Shown: positions 37,794 to 47,877, counted from the first letter of the stretch. The stretch: DNA of 64,000 bases from Kiritimatiellia bacterium (GCA_045537795.1 JAZSQE010000016.1:16968-80967); one strand, 5' to 3'. Notes: generated from the letters alone by a model not told the origin. Numbers and translations: made by a program.

Positions 37794-37823
37794 ATTATAC
37801 TATTTTTGATTGTTAGACGTCAA
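37794..37823 (-). promoter_or_regulatory. Sigma70 promoter of rpmI-rplT
   Basis: TTGACG-N18-TATAAT on the minus strand. Confidence 0.7.
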
Positions 37824-37847
37824 CCCCAAGGATTTTGAATTTCCCCC

Positions 37848-37903
37848 TTGCCAAAACCCAAGATATAGTGTATCATATCGCGGTAAACCACAATAGGCAG
37901 TAA
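37848..37903 (+). promoter_or_regulatory. nrdD promoter with NrdR box(es)
   Basis: TTGCCA-N17-TATCAT. ACCCAAGATATAGTGT (37856-37871) fits the NrdR consensus acaCwAtATaTwGtgt; a weaker box lies 32 bp downstream (37888-37903). Confidence 0.7.
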
Positions 37904-37935
37904 AAACGGCATAGCGCCCAATGGAGGAAAGTCTT

Positions 37936-40173
37936 ATGAAACAGATGAAAATCATCAAGCGTAGCGGTGAAGAGAAGGATTTTGACATCTCCAAAATCGA
38001 AAACGCCATCCGCAAGGCGAGTCAGGCGGTCGATTATAAGAGTGCTTTGTCCGAAGGGCGAATAAAACTCATCGCCGAAGAAGTGGCAGGCGTCTGCGCC
38101 GCGCGCGACAGGGCGATGACGGTCGAAGAGATTCAGGATGTTGTCGAGACGAAGATCATGGAGATGGGCGCGCACGAAGTCGCCAAGAAGTACATCACCT
38201 ACCGCTACAAACAGAATCTCCTGCGGCAGGCGAACACGACCGACCAGCAGATCATGTCGCTCATAGAATGCAACAACGAGGACGTCAAGCAGGAGAACTC
38301 CAACAAGAATCCGACGATCAACTCCGTGCAGCGCGACTACATGGCGGGCGAAGTCTCGAAGGACGTCGCCTCGCGCCTTCTCCTGCCCGCCGATGTCGTC
38401 CAGGCCCACAAGGAGGGCATAATCCACTTCCACGACATGGATTACTACGCGCAGCACATGCACAACTGCGACCTCGTCAATCTCGAAGACATGCTCCAGA
38501 ACGGGACGGTCATCTCGGGGACCATGATCGAAAAGCCCAAGAGTTTCTCGACGGCATGCAACATCGCCACCCAGATCATCGCGCAGGTCGCGTCGAACCA
38601 GTACGGCGGCCAGTCCATCTCGCTTACGCATCTCGCGCCGTTCGTCGAAGTTTCGCGTCAGGCCATCCGCAAGGAACTCAAGGACGAATACGCCGAAACG
38701 GGCGCCGTGATTTCGGAAGAGGCGTTCGACAAGATTGTCGAAAAGCGCGTAAGAAAGGAGATTCAGAAGGGTGTGCAGACGATCCAGTATCAGGTCGTCA
38801 CGCTCATGACCACCAACGGACAGGCTCCTTTCGTCACCGTCTTCATGTATCTCGGCGAGGCGCGCAGCGAGGCGGAACGCAAGGATCTCGCGCTTATTAT
38901 CGAAGAGGTCCTTCAGGAGCGTATTCGCGGCGTGAAGAACGAGCAGGGCGTCTACGTGACCCCGGCCTTTCCCAAACTCATCTACGTTCTCGAAGAGCAG
39001 AACATCAAGGCGGGCACGCCCTACTGGTATCTTACCGAGCTTTCGGCGAAATGCACCGCCAAGCGTATGGTGCCGGACTACATCTCCGAGAAGAAGATGC
39101 GCGAGTACAAGCTCTCCACCGGTCAGAGCGTCGGGAACGGAGACTGCTATACCTGCATGGGTTGCCGTTCGTTCCTCACGCCGGACCGCTCCGAAGGCGG
39201 CTACGGCAATGTCTCCAACGCGCTCAATTACGAGCCCGGCAAACCCAAGTACTACGGCCGTTTCAACCAGGGAGTCGTAACGATAAACCTCGTGGACGTC
39301 GCGCTTTCAGCGCAAGGCGACATCGATAAATTCTGGCGCATCTTCGACGAGCGCTGCGAACTTTGCCACAAGGCTCTCCGGTGCCGCCACGAGCGCCTCA
39401 AGGGGACGACCTCCGACGCCGCGCCCATTCTCTGGCAGTATGGAGCGCTGGCGCGTCTCAAGAAGGGCGAGAAGATCGACAACCTTCTCTACGGCGGGTA
39501 TTCGACGATTTCGCTCGGCTACGCGGGGCTCTGGGAGTGCGTCTTCGCCCTGAACGGCAAGAAGCTCACCGAGCCCGATGGCGAAGCTCTCGGCCTCGAG
39601 ATCATGAAGAAACTCAATGAGTATACCGCGAAGTGGAAGGCCGCCGAGAATATCGACTATTCGCTTTACGGCACTCCAATCGAGTCGACGACCTACCGCT
39701 TCTCGAAGTGCCTGCAGCAGCGTTTCGGAGTCATCAAGGGCGTCACCGACCGCAACTACATCACCAACTCCTATCACATCCACGTGACAGAACCGATCGA
39801 CGCGTTCACGAAACTTTCGACCGAGGCGAAGTTCCAGCAGCTTTCTCCCGGAGGCGCGATTTCGTACGTCGAGGTGCCGAATATGCAGCAGAACCTGCCG
39901 GCCGTGCTCGCGATCATGCAGTACATCTACGACAACATCATGTACGCCGAGCTGAACACGAAGAGCGACTACTGTCAGGTGTGCGGTTTCGACGGGGAGA
40001 TCGAGATCGTCAAGGACGAGAGCGGCAAGCTCATCTGGAAGTGTCCGAAGTGCGGCAATGCCGACGAATCGAAACTCAATGTCGCCCGTCGCACGTGCGG
40101 CTACATCGGCAGCCAGTTCTGGAATCAGGGCCGCACTCAGGAAATCAAGGAGCGCGTCCTTCACGTTTCGTGA
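37936..40173 (+). CDS. nrdD: Anaerobic (class III) ribonucleoside-triphosphate reductase
   Basis: ATP cone (IIKRSG), ENSNK, HFHDMDY, HNCDL, QYGGQS, MGCRSFL, GRFNQGVVTIN, CxxC...CxxC, glycyl-radical RRTCGYIG. Confidence 0.97.
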   Translation: MKQMKIIKRSGEEKDFDISKIENAIRKASQAVDYKSALSEGRIKLIAEEVAGVCAARDRAMTVEEIQDVVETKIMEMGAHEVAKKYITYRYKQNLLRQANTTDQQIMSLIECNNEDVKQENSNKNPTINSVQRDYMAGEVSKDVASRLLLPADVVQAHKEGIIHFHDMDYYAQHMHNCDLVNLEDMLQNGTVISGTMIEKPKSFSTACNIATQIIAQVASNQYGGQSISLTHLAPFVEVSRQAIRKELKDEYAETGAVISEEAFDKIVEKRVRKEIQKGVQTIQYQVVTLMTTNGQAPFVTVFMYLGEARSEAERKDLALIIEEVLQERIRGVKNEQGVYVTPAFPKLIYVLEEQNIKAGTPYWYLTELSAKCTAKRMVPDYISEKKMREYKLSTGQSVGNGDCYTCMGCRSFLTPDRSEGGYGNVSNALNYEPGKPKYYGRFNQGVVTINLVDVALSAQGDIDKFWRIFDERCELCHKALRCRHERLKGTTSDAAPILWQYGALARLKKGEKIDNLLYGGYSTISLGYAGLWECVFALNGKKLTEPDGEALGLEIMKKLNEYTAKWKAAENIDYSLYGTPIESTTYRFSKCLQQRFGVIKGVTDRNYITNSYHIHVTEPIDAFTKLSTEAKFQQLSPGGAISYVEVPNMQQNLPAVLAIMQYIYDNIMYAELNTKSDYCQVCGFDGEIEIVKDESGKLIWKCPKCGNADESKLNVARRTCGYIGSQFWNQGRTQEIKERVLHVS

Positions 40174-40242
40174 AGCGGCGCGCCGTCGCCAAGCGAGACA
40201 TTGCGTGTTTGTGCAGCGGTAAAACGGGAAAGGATTGAAGAA

Positions 40243-41643
40243 ATGAAGATAACCTTCCTTGGGGCAGCCCACACGACGACGGGGTCGATGCATCTCGTCG
40301 AAGCGAACGGCAAGCGCATTCTTCTCGACTGCGGGCTTTATCAGGGCCGCAGAAAGGAGGCCTTCGAGAAGAACCGCAATCTGCCCGTGGACGCGAAGAC
40401 GATAGATTATGTTATCCTTTCTCATGCGCACATCGATCATTCGGGGAATCTGCCGCAGCTTGTGAGGCAGGGGTTTCGCGGCCGCATTTTCGCGAGGCAG
40501 GCGACGTGCGAACTCTGCGATGTGATGCTGCGCGATTCGTGCTTTCTGCAGAAGCGCGATCTGGAGTACGTCAACAAAAAGCGCCGCCGCGACGGCAAGG
40601 TCCTCTTCGAGCCGCTTTACGACGAGAAAGACGTCGATGTGACGATGCAGCTTTTCACGCCGCTGCACATGCACGAGCCGCGCGAAATCGCCCGCGGCAT
40701 CACGCTCGAATTTTTCAATGCGGGGCACATTCTCGGCTCTGCGCTCGTCCAGCTCGATGTCCGGCAGGATCACGGCCGCAGTCACAGACTGCTGTTCTCC
40801 GGAGATCTCGGACAGCCGAACCAGCCGATTCTGCGCCATCACGAATATCCTTCGGGCGCTGACATACTTCTTCTGGAGTCGACCTACGCCGACAGATACC
40901 ACCCGAATGCGGACGACGTCGAATTGAGGCTCGAGAAGCTGCTTAAATACATCGACAGGCGCAATTCCAAACTGCTTATCCCGGCGTTTTCCGTCGGGCG
41001 CACGCAGCAGATCATATATTATCTGAACCGTCTCGCCGCGAAGGGCAAAGTGCCGCGTGAAGTGAAGGTTTACATCGATTCGCCTCTTTCGCGCAAGGCG
41101 ACGGGCATATACGCTTCGCACAGAGAGGTATACAACGCCGAAGCCAAGCGCATGCTCGCCTCCGGGCAGGACCCGCTGATGTTCCCGGGGATGACGTTCG
41201 TCGGAACGCCCGAAGAGTCGATGGCTCTCAACGACGCTCCGGGGCCGATGATCATCATCGCGGCGAGCGGCATGTGCGAAGGCGGGCGCGTCGTGCATCA
41301 TCTCAAGAACTGCGTGCAAAATCCCGACAACGTGGTGCTTATCGTCGGCTATCAGGCAGAGAACACTCTCGGCCGGCGCGTCGTCGAAAAGATCTCGCCG
41401 CTTCGCATTCTCGGTGAAGAGGTTGAGCTTAAAGCGCAGGTCGAGGTCATCAACGCTCTGTCGGCGCACGCAGACCGCGCGGGTCTTTCGCACTGGCTCG
41501 ATGAAGTCAAGGACAATGTCCGGCACGCTTTCGCCGTCCACGGCGAAGAAGAGAAGGTGGCGGCAATGGTTGAACTCATGAAGGAGCGAGGCATCCCGAA
41601 CGCCGTGGCGCCGAAGCCGGGAGAGATTTACAAGTTCGATTGA
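40243..41643 (+). CDS. MBL-fold/beta-CASP ribonuclease
   Basis: ITFLGAA, LDCGLYQG, SHAHIDHSG, AGHILGS, FSGDLG, ESTY, ASGMCEGGR, SAHAD, VHGE. Confidence 0.93.
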   Translation: MKITFLGAAHTTTGSMHLVEANGKRILLDCGLYQGRRKEAFEKNRNLPVDAKTIDYVILSHAHIDHSGNLPQLVRQGFRGRIFARQATCELCDVMLRDSCFLQKRDLEYVNKKRRRDGKVLFEPLYDEKDVDVTMQLFTPLHMHEPREIARGITLEFFNAGHILGSALVQLDVRQDHGRSHRLLFSGDLGQPNQPILRHHEYPSGADILLLESTYADRYHPNADDVELRLEKLLKYIDRRNSKLLIPAFSVGRTQQIIYYLNRLAAKGKVPREVKVYIDSPLSRKATGIYASHREVYNAEAKRMLASGQDPLMFPGMTFVGTPEESMALNDAPGPMIIIAASGMCEGGRVVHHLKNCVQNPDNVVLIVGYQAENTLGRRVVEKISPLRILGEEVELKAQVEVINALSAHADRAGLSHWLDEVKDNVRHAFAVHGEEEKVAAMVELMKERGIPNAVAPKPGEIYKFD

Positions 41644-41666
41644 AAGCGAAAGGAAGCATCAAAGAC

Positions 41667-42569
41667 ATGAAACCTTCATTGGTCGTTTTGGCGGCGGGCA
41701 TGGGCTCGCGTTACGGCGGGCTCAAACAGGTCGACCCCGTGGGACCTTCAGGAGAGGCGATTCTCGATTATTCCGTTTTCGACGCGGTGCGCGGCGGCTT
41801 CGGCAAGATCGTTTTCGTCATCCGCCGCGATTTCGAGGCGGAATTCAAGGAGAAGGTCGGACGCAAGTACGAAGGGATGATACCCGTCGAATACTGCTAT
41901 CAGGACATAAACGACCTCCCCGAGCCGTACAAGGTGCCCGTCGCCCGCGCGAAGCCATGGGGTACGGCGCACGCGACGCGAGCTGCGCGCGGCATCGTAA
42001 AGGAGCCTTTCGCCGTCATCAACGCCGACGACTTCTACGGGCGCGACGCGTTCGCGAAGTTAGGGGCTTTCCTCATGGCCGCCAAACCCATGGAGTTCGC
42101 GATGGTCGGCTACAGGCTCGATCTTACGCTTTCCGAAAACGGCTCCGTCGCGCGCGGCATCTGCAAGGTGTCTGCCGACGGCTCTCTCGAGGGCGTCACC
42201 GAAATGACGAAACTCGTCAAAGCCGGCGATACGGCCGAGAACCTCGAAGACCCCGCTTCCCCCGTGAAGGTGCCGCTTGACGCGCGCGTTTCAATGAATC
42301 TCTGGGGTTTCACGCCCGAGCTCTTCGATGAACTTGAAAGACGCTTTCCGCTATGGCTCGCCGAAAACGGCGCGAAGGAGAAGAGCGAGTGGTACATTCC
42401 GTTCGTCGTCGACGAGCTCGTCAAAGAAGGTAGGGCGACATGCAGAGTGCTGCCGACCGATTCGAGCTGGTTCGGCGTCACGTACCGGGAAGACAAGCCT
42501 TATGTCACCGCCGAGATCGCCAAACTCGTCTCGGCCGGAGAGTATCCGGGGAATCTTCTTTCCAAGTGA
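41667..42569 (+). CDS. Sugar-phosphate nucleotidyltransferase-family protein
   Basis: LAAGMGSRYGGLKQ, KPWGTAHA, VINADDFYG, SMNLWGF. Confidence 0.9.
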   Translation: MKPSLVVLAAGMGSRYGGLKQVDPVGPSGEAILDYSVFDAVRGGFGKIVFVIRRDFEAEFKEKVGRKYEGMIPVEYCYQDINDLPEPYKVPVARAKPWGTAHATRAARGIVKEPFAVINADDFYGRDAFAKLGAFLMAAKPMEFAMVGYRLDLTLSENGSVARGICKVSADGSLEGVTEMTKLVKAGDTAENLEDPASPVKVPLDARVSMNLWGFTPELFDELERRFPLWLAENGAKEKSEWYIPFVVDELVKEGRATCRVLPTDSSWFGVTYREDKPYVTAEIAKLVSAGEYPGNLLSK

Positions 42570-42580
42570 GCGTCACGGAG

Positions 42581-43303
42581 ATGTGGTCGCGCGTTCTTGA
42601 TTTCATCTGGCCGCGCGACTGCGAAATCTGCGGTGAGAGTGCGGACCGCCCCGCGCGGTATGTCTGTTCGGCGTGTCTCGAGCGTATTCCTTTCGTGCCT
42701 GTCGAAGGGTGCTGCCGCAGCTGCGGCAGGGACGTGCCGAAATTCACGGGCGAGTTCGTCTGCGAGGATTGCAAAATCCACAAGCCTTCGTTCGATCGGG
42801 CCGCGTCGGCTCTGCGTTTCGAAGGCGAGGCGAGGCGGATGATGCTCGACTTCAAATACCGCCGTCATCTGTGGCTGAAGGAAGATTTCGCCGACTGGCT
42901 CGAGGGTGCGGCCCGCTCGCGTTTCAAGGTGGGCGAGATCGACGCCGTCGTCGCGATGCCGGCGCGGCGTCTTCACCGCTTTCTCAGAGGGTACAACCAG
43001 TGCGATATCATCGCGCATGCCCTCGCCCGCCGACTCGGCGCGCCTCTCGCGAAGGGGCTTGTGAAGTTTTCGGGCATGACGAAACGTCAGGCCGATCTCG
43101 ACGAGGACGAACGGCGCGCCAACATGAAAGGGGCGTTCGCCGCGACGGCGCGAGCGGCGCGTTATTCCGGCAAAACCGTCATTCTCGTCGACGACGTGAT
43201 GACGACGGGCGCCACGCTTTCGGAGTGCTCGGCGGCGCTCAAAAAAGCGGGTGTCGCGCGAGTGTGGGCGCTGAGCCTCCTCAGATCCGTCAAAGACAGG
43301 TAG
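42581..43303 (+). CDS. comF: ComF-family amidophosphoribosyltransferase-like protein
   Basis: N-terminal CxxC zinc ribbons, RGYNQ, ILVDDVMTTGATL. Confidence 0.92.
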   Translation: MWSRVLDFIWPRDCEICGESADRPARYVCSACLERIPFVPVEGCCRSCGRDVPKFTGEFVCEDCKIHKPSFDRAASALRFEGEARRMMLDFKYRRHLWLKEDFADWLEGAARSRFKVGEIDAVVAMPARRLHRFLRGYNQCDIIAHALARRLGAPLAKGLVKFSGMTKRQADLDEDERRANMKGAFAATARAARYSGKTVILVDDVMTTGATLSECSAALKKAGVARVWALSLLRSVKDR

Positions 43304-43327
43304 GCGCACGGAAAGAAGGTGCCGCGA

Positions 43328-43909
43328 ATGAAATACAAGATCGTAGAGATTTTCGAGTCGTTGCAGGGCGAAGGCCGCAATACGGGCCGCCCGGTCGTTT
43401 TCGTCAGGTTCGCGGGATGCAATCTCAGCTGCCCATGGTGCGATACGGACGTCTCGGTAAGATTCGAGGCGACGCTCGAAGAAATCTTGTCCGAAGTTTC
43501 TTCGTACAGGGCGAAAAGCGTCATCCTCACCGGCGGAGAGCCTGCCGCGGCGGAAGGGGTCGAGTCGCTCGTCTCGGCCTTGAAGGAGGCCGGTTTCTGG
43601 ATCGGCGTGGAGACGAACGGGACGATCGATGCGGGGTGGTTCGCTTTCGTCGATTATCTTGCGGTGAGTCCCAAGCGCGGCGCGCCGATAGCCGTCGATC
43701 GCGCCGACGAAGTGCGTGTAGTCGCGGAGGACTGCGACACGGCTCTTTTCTGCGAAAAGGTACGCGCTTCGATAAAGGCCCGCGATTATTACGTATCACC
43801 CTGCGACCGGGACGGAGAAATGGATTTTGCGACCGCAAAGTCGGTTCTCTCCAGACTTGAAGGATGGTCTCTTTCGGTGCAGCTTCACAAAATATTGGGG
43901 TTCAGATGA
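43328..43909 (+). CDS. queE: 7-carboxy-7-deazaguanine synthase QueE-like radical SAM protein
   Basis: EIFESLQGEG, FVRFAGCNLSCPWCDT, LTGGEP, ETNG, SPK, LSVQLHK. Confidence 0.88.
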   Translation: MKYKIVEIFESLQGEGRNTGRPVVFVRFAGCNLSCPWCDTDVSVRFEATLEEILSEVSSYRAKSVILTGGEPAAAEGVESLVSALKEAGFWIGVETNGTIDAGWFAFVDYLAVSPKRGAPIAVDRADEVRVVAEDCDTALFCEKVRASIKARDYYVSPCDRDGEMDFATAKSVLSRLEGWSLSVQLHKILGFR

Positions 43910-44649
43910 ACGACGTAAAGGTGATGGGAATCGTCAACGTCACGCCCGATTCTTTTTCGGACGGCGGGATGTATTACAGGACTTCGGAGGCGGTGCGCCG
44001 CGCCGAGAAAATGATCGAAGAGGGCGCCGACATGGTGGATATCGGCGGAGAGTCGACGAGACCCGGCGCGCAGGCGATCGAATGGAGCGAAGAGTGGAGC
44101 CGCATAGCCGGGGTTCTCGCCGCGCTCGCGTCTTCATCCGTGCCAGTAAGCGTCGATACGTATCATCCTGAAACGGCCCGAAGGGCTCTCGATGTCGGCG
44201 CGAAAATCGTGAACTGCGTAAAACGCGAGGCCGTCCCCGGGATGCTTGCTCTTCTTGAAGAATACAAAGACGCCTCTCTCGTCGCCGACGCCGCTTTCTG
44301 GGGGCTTTCTCCGTTTCGGGACGAAAGCGAAGCGCGCCTCGGGGAACTTGAAACGTTCGGCGCTCGGGTATGGCTCGATCCTATGATAGGGTTTTCGACG
44401 ACGCGTGAAGAAGATCTCGCTCTTATCCGTCATGTTCCGCGCCTTGCGGCGCACGGTCCTGTCCTCGTAGGAGCGAGCCGCAAGCGCATAGTCAAAAAGC
44501 TGACGGGTGAAAAGGTGACAGGCAAGAACCTCGGCGGCAACCTCGCCATCGCCGCCTGGTGCGCGATGAACGGCGCCTCGGCGATACGCGTCCACGACGT
44601 TGCCGAGACCGTGCAGATGCTCAAGACGATGCGTTGTCTCGAAGCGTGA
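43906..44649 (+). CDS. folP: Dihydropteroate synthase
   Basis: MGIVNVTPDSFSDGG, DIGGESTRPGA, SVDTY, GASRKR, IRVHDV. Confidence 0.95.
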   Translation: MNDVKVMGIVNVTPDSFSDGGMYYRTSEAVRRAEKMIEEGADMVDIGGESTRPGAQAIEWSEEWSRIAGVLAALASSSVPVSVDTYHPETARRALDVGAKIVNCVKREAVPGMLALLEEYKDASLVADAAFWGLSPFRDESEARLGELETFGARVWLDPMIGFSTTREEDLALIRHVPRLAAHGPVLVGASRKRIVKKLTGEKVTGKNLGGNLAIAAWCAMNGASAIRVHDVAETVQMLKTMRCLEA

Positions 44650-44728
44650 CGGGGCGCGAGAGTCTCTGTGCAATTTGATATAATGTGCCTTCGCCAATCT
44701 TGAATTCCGCGCCCATCTTTGCAAGGAT

Positions 44729-45313
44729 GTGATGTATCCGCGCGGCGGCTGCGTGAATCTCCAGAATTCCTCCCGCGCAATCGTGCGCGATTCGCAGTTC
44801 TGCCTTGATGATAATGTCGGCGACACGGTTTTGGGCAAGTCTCTCCAGCCAAATCCGTGCCATACGGTCGGTCTTATGATGTCGGGCGATCAGAACGACA
44901 ATCAGGTCATCGACAACGTCGCCGTGCAGGGTTTTCGCTATGGCCTTGTTCTCGGCGAACATATCGTCGCCAATTACCTTTATGTGCACAACTGCGAGGA
45001 GGGGGTTGTCTTTCACGACGCGACGCATTTATCCAGTATCGGTCATATCGTCGCCCAGCACAACCGCGTAATTCTTTCGACGACGACGACAAATCTTTTC
45101 GGGCACGGGCGTTCGCCATGCTATGTCGAGGTCGGAGCGGTAAATTATGAGAGCGGCAGAAAATTGCTGCCGGTCGTCTCGCGTCTCGTGACGGCGGTAT
45201 ATGACCCCGAAAACCGGCTTCACGGCACTCTGAAATGGCATCAGCCGTGGGGAGACGGGCAATTTCCTGTCATTGGCGCGAAAAATTTCAAAATCACCAG
45301 ATTCGCGCAGTGA
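44729..45313 (+). pseudogene. Probable 5'-truncated beta-helix (pectin-lyase-like) gene remnant
   Basis: Beta-helix-like strands (IDNVAVQGFRYGLVLGEH, YVHNCEEGV). The frame stays open upstream (FANLEFRAH) up to a TAA inside a promoter motif; no signal peptide or RBS. Confidence 0.5.
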
Positions 45314-45317
45314 CGCG

Positions 45318-46529
45318 TCAAAGCGCATCGGCCTGATGGCGATGAGGCTTCCGGTGAGATGATCGCAAGCGGCTGCGGCGCCATTTTTCCGGAGTGGTGC
45401 CGAAATGGGCGGCGAACATGTGCGCAAAGTACTGAGGCGAGGGATACCCGCATCTGGCGGCTATTTCCGCGGCCGTAAGAGATGTGTCCTTAAGAAGCCT
45501 GCATGCCGATTCGCGCCGGTATCTTATGATTTCCTGCTGGACGCTCAAGCCGAGCTCCCTGCGGAAAACTTTGCCGACGGTTGTGTGGGAATACCCGAGA
45601 TGCGCGATCACGTCGTTCGCCGATATGCCGTCGCCGATATGCCGGCGAATGTACACGAGCGCGTCGGACAGCCACGGTGTCCGGGTGGGATAGAAGGCGG
45701 TTGACGTCCGTTCGATGACGCCTGCCGGTTTGTGCATCGTGGCCATGGGCGGAACGCAAGAAGGGTTTGAAAGCATCAGGTCCAGGGCTTTCGCGGCGTT
45801 CTGTCCGAGAGCGAACGAATCGGTGTCTATGCTCGACAGCGGAGGGTTGGAGAACGTGCAGAGAACCTTGTCGTTATCGACTCCGAGAACAGACACTTCC
45901 TGCGGCACTTTTATTTTTGCTTCGTTGCATGCTTTCAGAAAATGAAACGCCCGCATGTCGTTGCAGCAGAATACCGATATCGGTTTCGGCAGCGACTTCG
46001 CCCATTTCCGCAGTGCCGTGCAATCGGAGCAAACATCCATCCGTTCGTTCCGCACGGACGTTTCTTTCAGAGGTCCGCCGCCTCCGTCGTACATTATGCA
46101 TGACATGCCGAAACCGGCCACGGCTTTTTTAAAGGCTTTGCCCCTCGCTTCGGAAAAACGCAGCCCCGGGAATCCGCAGAAAGCGTAATCGGTGAATTTG
46201 TGCTCGCGGAAAAATTTCGCGGCGCATTCCGCTATCGCGACGTCGTCGAGCCGGATAAAAGGTATCTTGCCGGCATCGTTTTTTCCGTATGTGTCTATCG
46301 CCGGCTTTTTTGTTTTGATGAGCTCCTTGGCGGTCGTATCGTCCATCACGCGCACGATGAAGCCGCTGAATCGCTTTGTGTTCGCGGAATTCGCGAGGCT
46401 CTTCAGGTCTATGCTTTCCAATCGCCAGTCGGTGTTGAGAAGCGCGTAATCGGCGATGCCTTCGATCATCGAGCGCCCGTGCGCACGGTTGGTTTCCACT
46501 TGAACGGCGATGATGGTCTCTTTTTTCAT
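45318..46529 (-). CDS. XylR-type regulator (LacI-like sensor + C-terminal AraC HTH)
   Basis: GRSMIEGIADY, LPKPISVFCCND, VPQEVSVLGVDND, PPLSSID, EIAARCGYPSPQYFAHMF. Confidence 0.92.
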   Translation of the reverse strand: MKKETIIAVQVETNRAHGRSMIEGIADYALLNTDWRLESIDLKSLANSANTKRFSGFIVRVMDDTTAKELIKTKKPAIDTYGKNDAGKIPFIRLDDVAIAECAAKFFREHKFTDYAFCGFPGLRFSEARGKAFKKAVAGFGMSCIMYDGGGGPLKETSVRNERMDVCSDCTALRKWAKSLPKPISVFCCNDMRAFHFLKACNEAKIKVPQEVSVLGVDNDKVLCTFSNPPLSSIDTDSFALGQNAAKALDLMLSNPSCVPPMATMHKPAGVIERTSTAFYPTRTPWLSDALVYIRRHIGDGISANDVIAHLGYSHTTVGKVFRRELGLSVQQEIIRYRRESACRLLKDTSLTAAEIAARCGYPSPQYFAHMFAAHFGTTPEKWRRSRLRSSHRKPHRHQADAL

Positions 46530-46552
46530 TGTAGACAAGGATACCAAACGGT

Positions 46553-46617
46553 TTCAGAAAAAGCAATCGAAAACTTCAGATATGGCAATATACTTCAGAC
46601 GTGCCGAGTGTTATACT
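46553..46617 (+). promoter_or_regulatory. Direct-repeat operator and extended -10 of the GH88 operon
   Basis: TTCAGA-N4-GCAAT at 46553 and 46575 (22-bp period), a third TTCAGA at 46594, and TGTTATACT at 46609-46617. Confidence 0.6.
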
Positions 46618-46674
46618 TAAAGAGCACGCTCAATAAAGAAAAATCAATGAAGAAAAAGCAAGGGAGTTATATCC

Positions 46675-47877
46675 ATGAAAAAAAGACTGTTTCTTATCGG
46701 TTCCGTTTTGACGTTATCCGGCATTGCGCAAGACTGCGCGACGGCGGATCTGAAAGGCCGGTTGCCTGAAATCTTTTCGAAGTGCGCGGCGCACTACAAG
46801 GCGTTGGACGCGGCGGTAACCCCGCTCATGAAGAATTCGAAAGGACAGACGATGCTTCCGCATGGGTACAAGCGCGGCAAGAAGATGTATGACATGCGCA
46901 GAATCGAGTGGTGGACATCCGGGCATTTTCCGGGTTCGCTCTGGTATCTCTACGAGGCTACGGGAGACGGCTTTTTCAAGGAGCGCGCGAGCGTCTGGAC
47001 GGAAAACCTCAAGCCGATTTCGACGTTCAAGGGGAATCATGACATCGGCTTTATGATGTACTGCTCGTTCGGCAACGCCCGACGTCTCCTCAAGACGGAG
47101 AAATATGATCATCTTCTCGTTGAAGCGGCAAATACGCTCTGCCTTCGCTTTAATCCGAAACTCGGTCTCATTCGCAGCTGGGGGAAGTCTGACGACAAGA
47201 AGGACTTTCTTGTCATACCCGACAACATGATGAACCTCGAACTTCTCGAATGGGCGGCAAAAGCGAAGAACGGCGAAAAGCGCTTCGCGGAGGTGGCGCG
47301 TTCACATGCGGACGTCACGATGAAGAATCATTTCCGCGCGGACGGCGGCACGTATCACGTGCTCAACTATTCGCAGAAGGACGGCCGTGTTCAGGAAATT
47401 CGCCGCGGACAGGGCGCGAGCTGTTTCACCGCATGGAGCCGCGGGCAGAGCTGGGCGATCTACGGCTATACGATGATGTACCGCGAGTCCGGCAACAAGG
47501 CGTATCTCGACTTCGCGCAGAAGGTGGCGGATTTCGCGATCAACCATCCGAACATGCCGGAGGACGGCATTCCGTACTGGGACTATGGTGCGCCCGGCGA
47601 GGAGCGCGATTCATCGGCAGGGGCGATCATGGCGTCGGGGCTTCTGGAGCTTTCGAAGTCTGTCGATGCGAAGAAGGGCGCGATATACCGCGATTTTGCC
47701 GTAAAGCAGCTCGTCTCGCTCGCATCGCCCGCCTATTTCTCCGAAGGAGACGAGGTCGGTCATTTTCTCTTGAAGCACGGTGTCGGACACAAGCCCGGCA
47801 ACAGCGAGATCGACACGCCTCTCAACTACGGCGACTACTACTTCCTCGAAGCGCTCGTACGAGTCCGCGATATGTAG
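46675..47877 (+). CDS. Unsaturated glucuronyl hydrolase (GH88)
   Basis: Signal peptide; WTSGHFPGSLW, HDIGF, DNMMNLELL, WSRGQSWAIYG, RDSSAGAI, YGDYYFLEAL. Confidence 0.95.
   Translation: MKKRLFLIGSVLTLSGIAQDCATADLKGRLPEIFSKCAAHYKALDAAVTPLMKNSKGQTMLPHGYKRGKKMYDMRRIEWWTSGHFPGSLWYLYEATGDGFFKERASVWTENLKPISTFKGNHDIGFMMYCSFGNARRLLKTEKYDHLLVEAANTLCLRFNPKLGLIRSWGKSDDKKDFLVIPDNMMNLELLEWAAKAKNGEKRFAEVARSHADVTMKNHFRADGGTYHVLNYSQKDGRVQEIRRGQGASCFTAWSRGQSWAIYGYTMMYRESGNKAYLDFAQKVADFAINHPNMPEDGIPYWDYGAPGEERDSSAGAIMASGLLELSKSVDAKKGAIYRDFAVKQLVSLASPAYFSEGDEVGHFLLKHGVGHKPGNSEIDTPLNYGDYYFLEALVRVRDM

Noticed and set aside
39307-41541. 744-aa ORF antisense to nrdD and the MBL nuclease
   Set aside because: Shadow ORF with no recognisable motifs.
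43328-43909. queE as part of a 7-deazaguanine DNA-modification (dpd) defence system
   Set aside because: No dpdA/tgt-like, queC/queD or nuclease-helicase genes nearby; the context is housekeeping (comF, folP).
44676-44730. Possible tRNA/att site after the promoter at the locus 2 border
   Set aside because: No cloverleaf, T-loop GTTCGA or CCA end, and no integrase.
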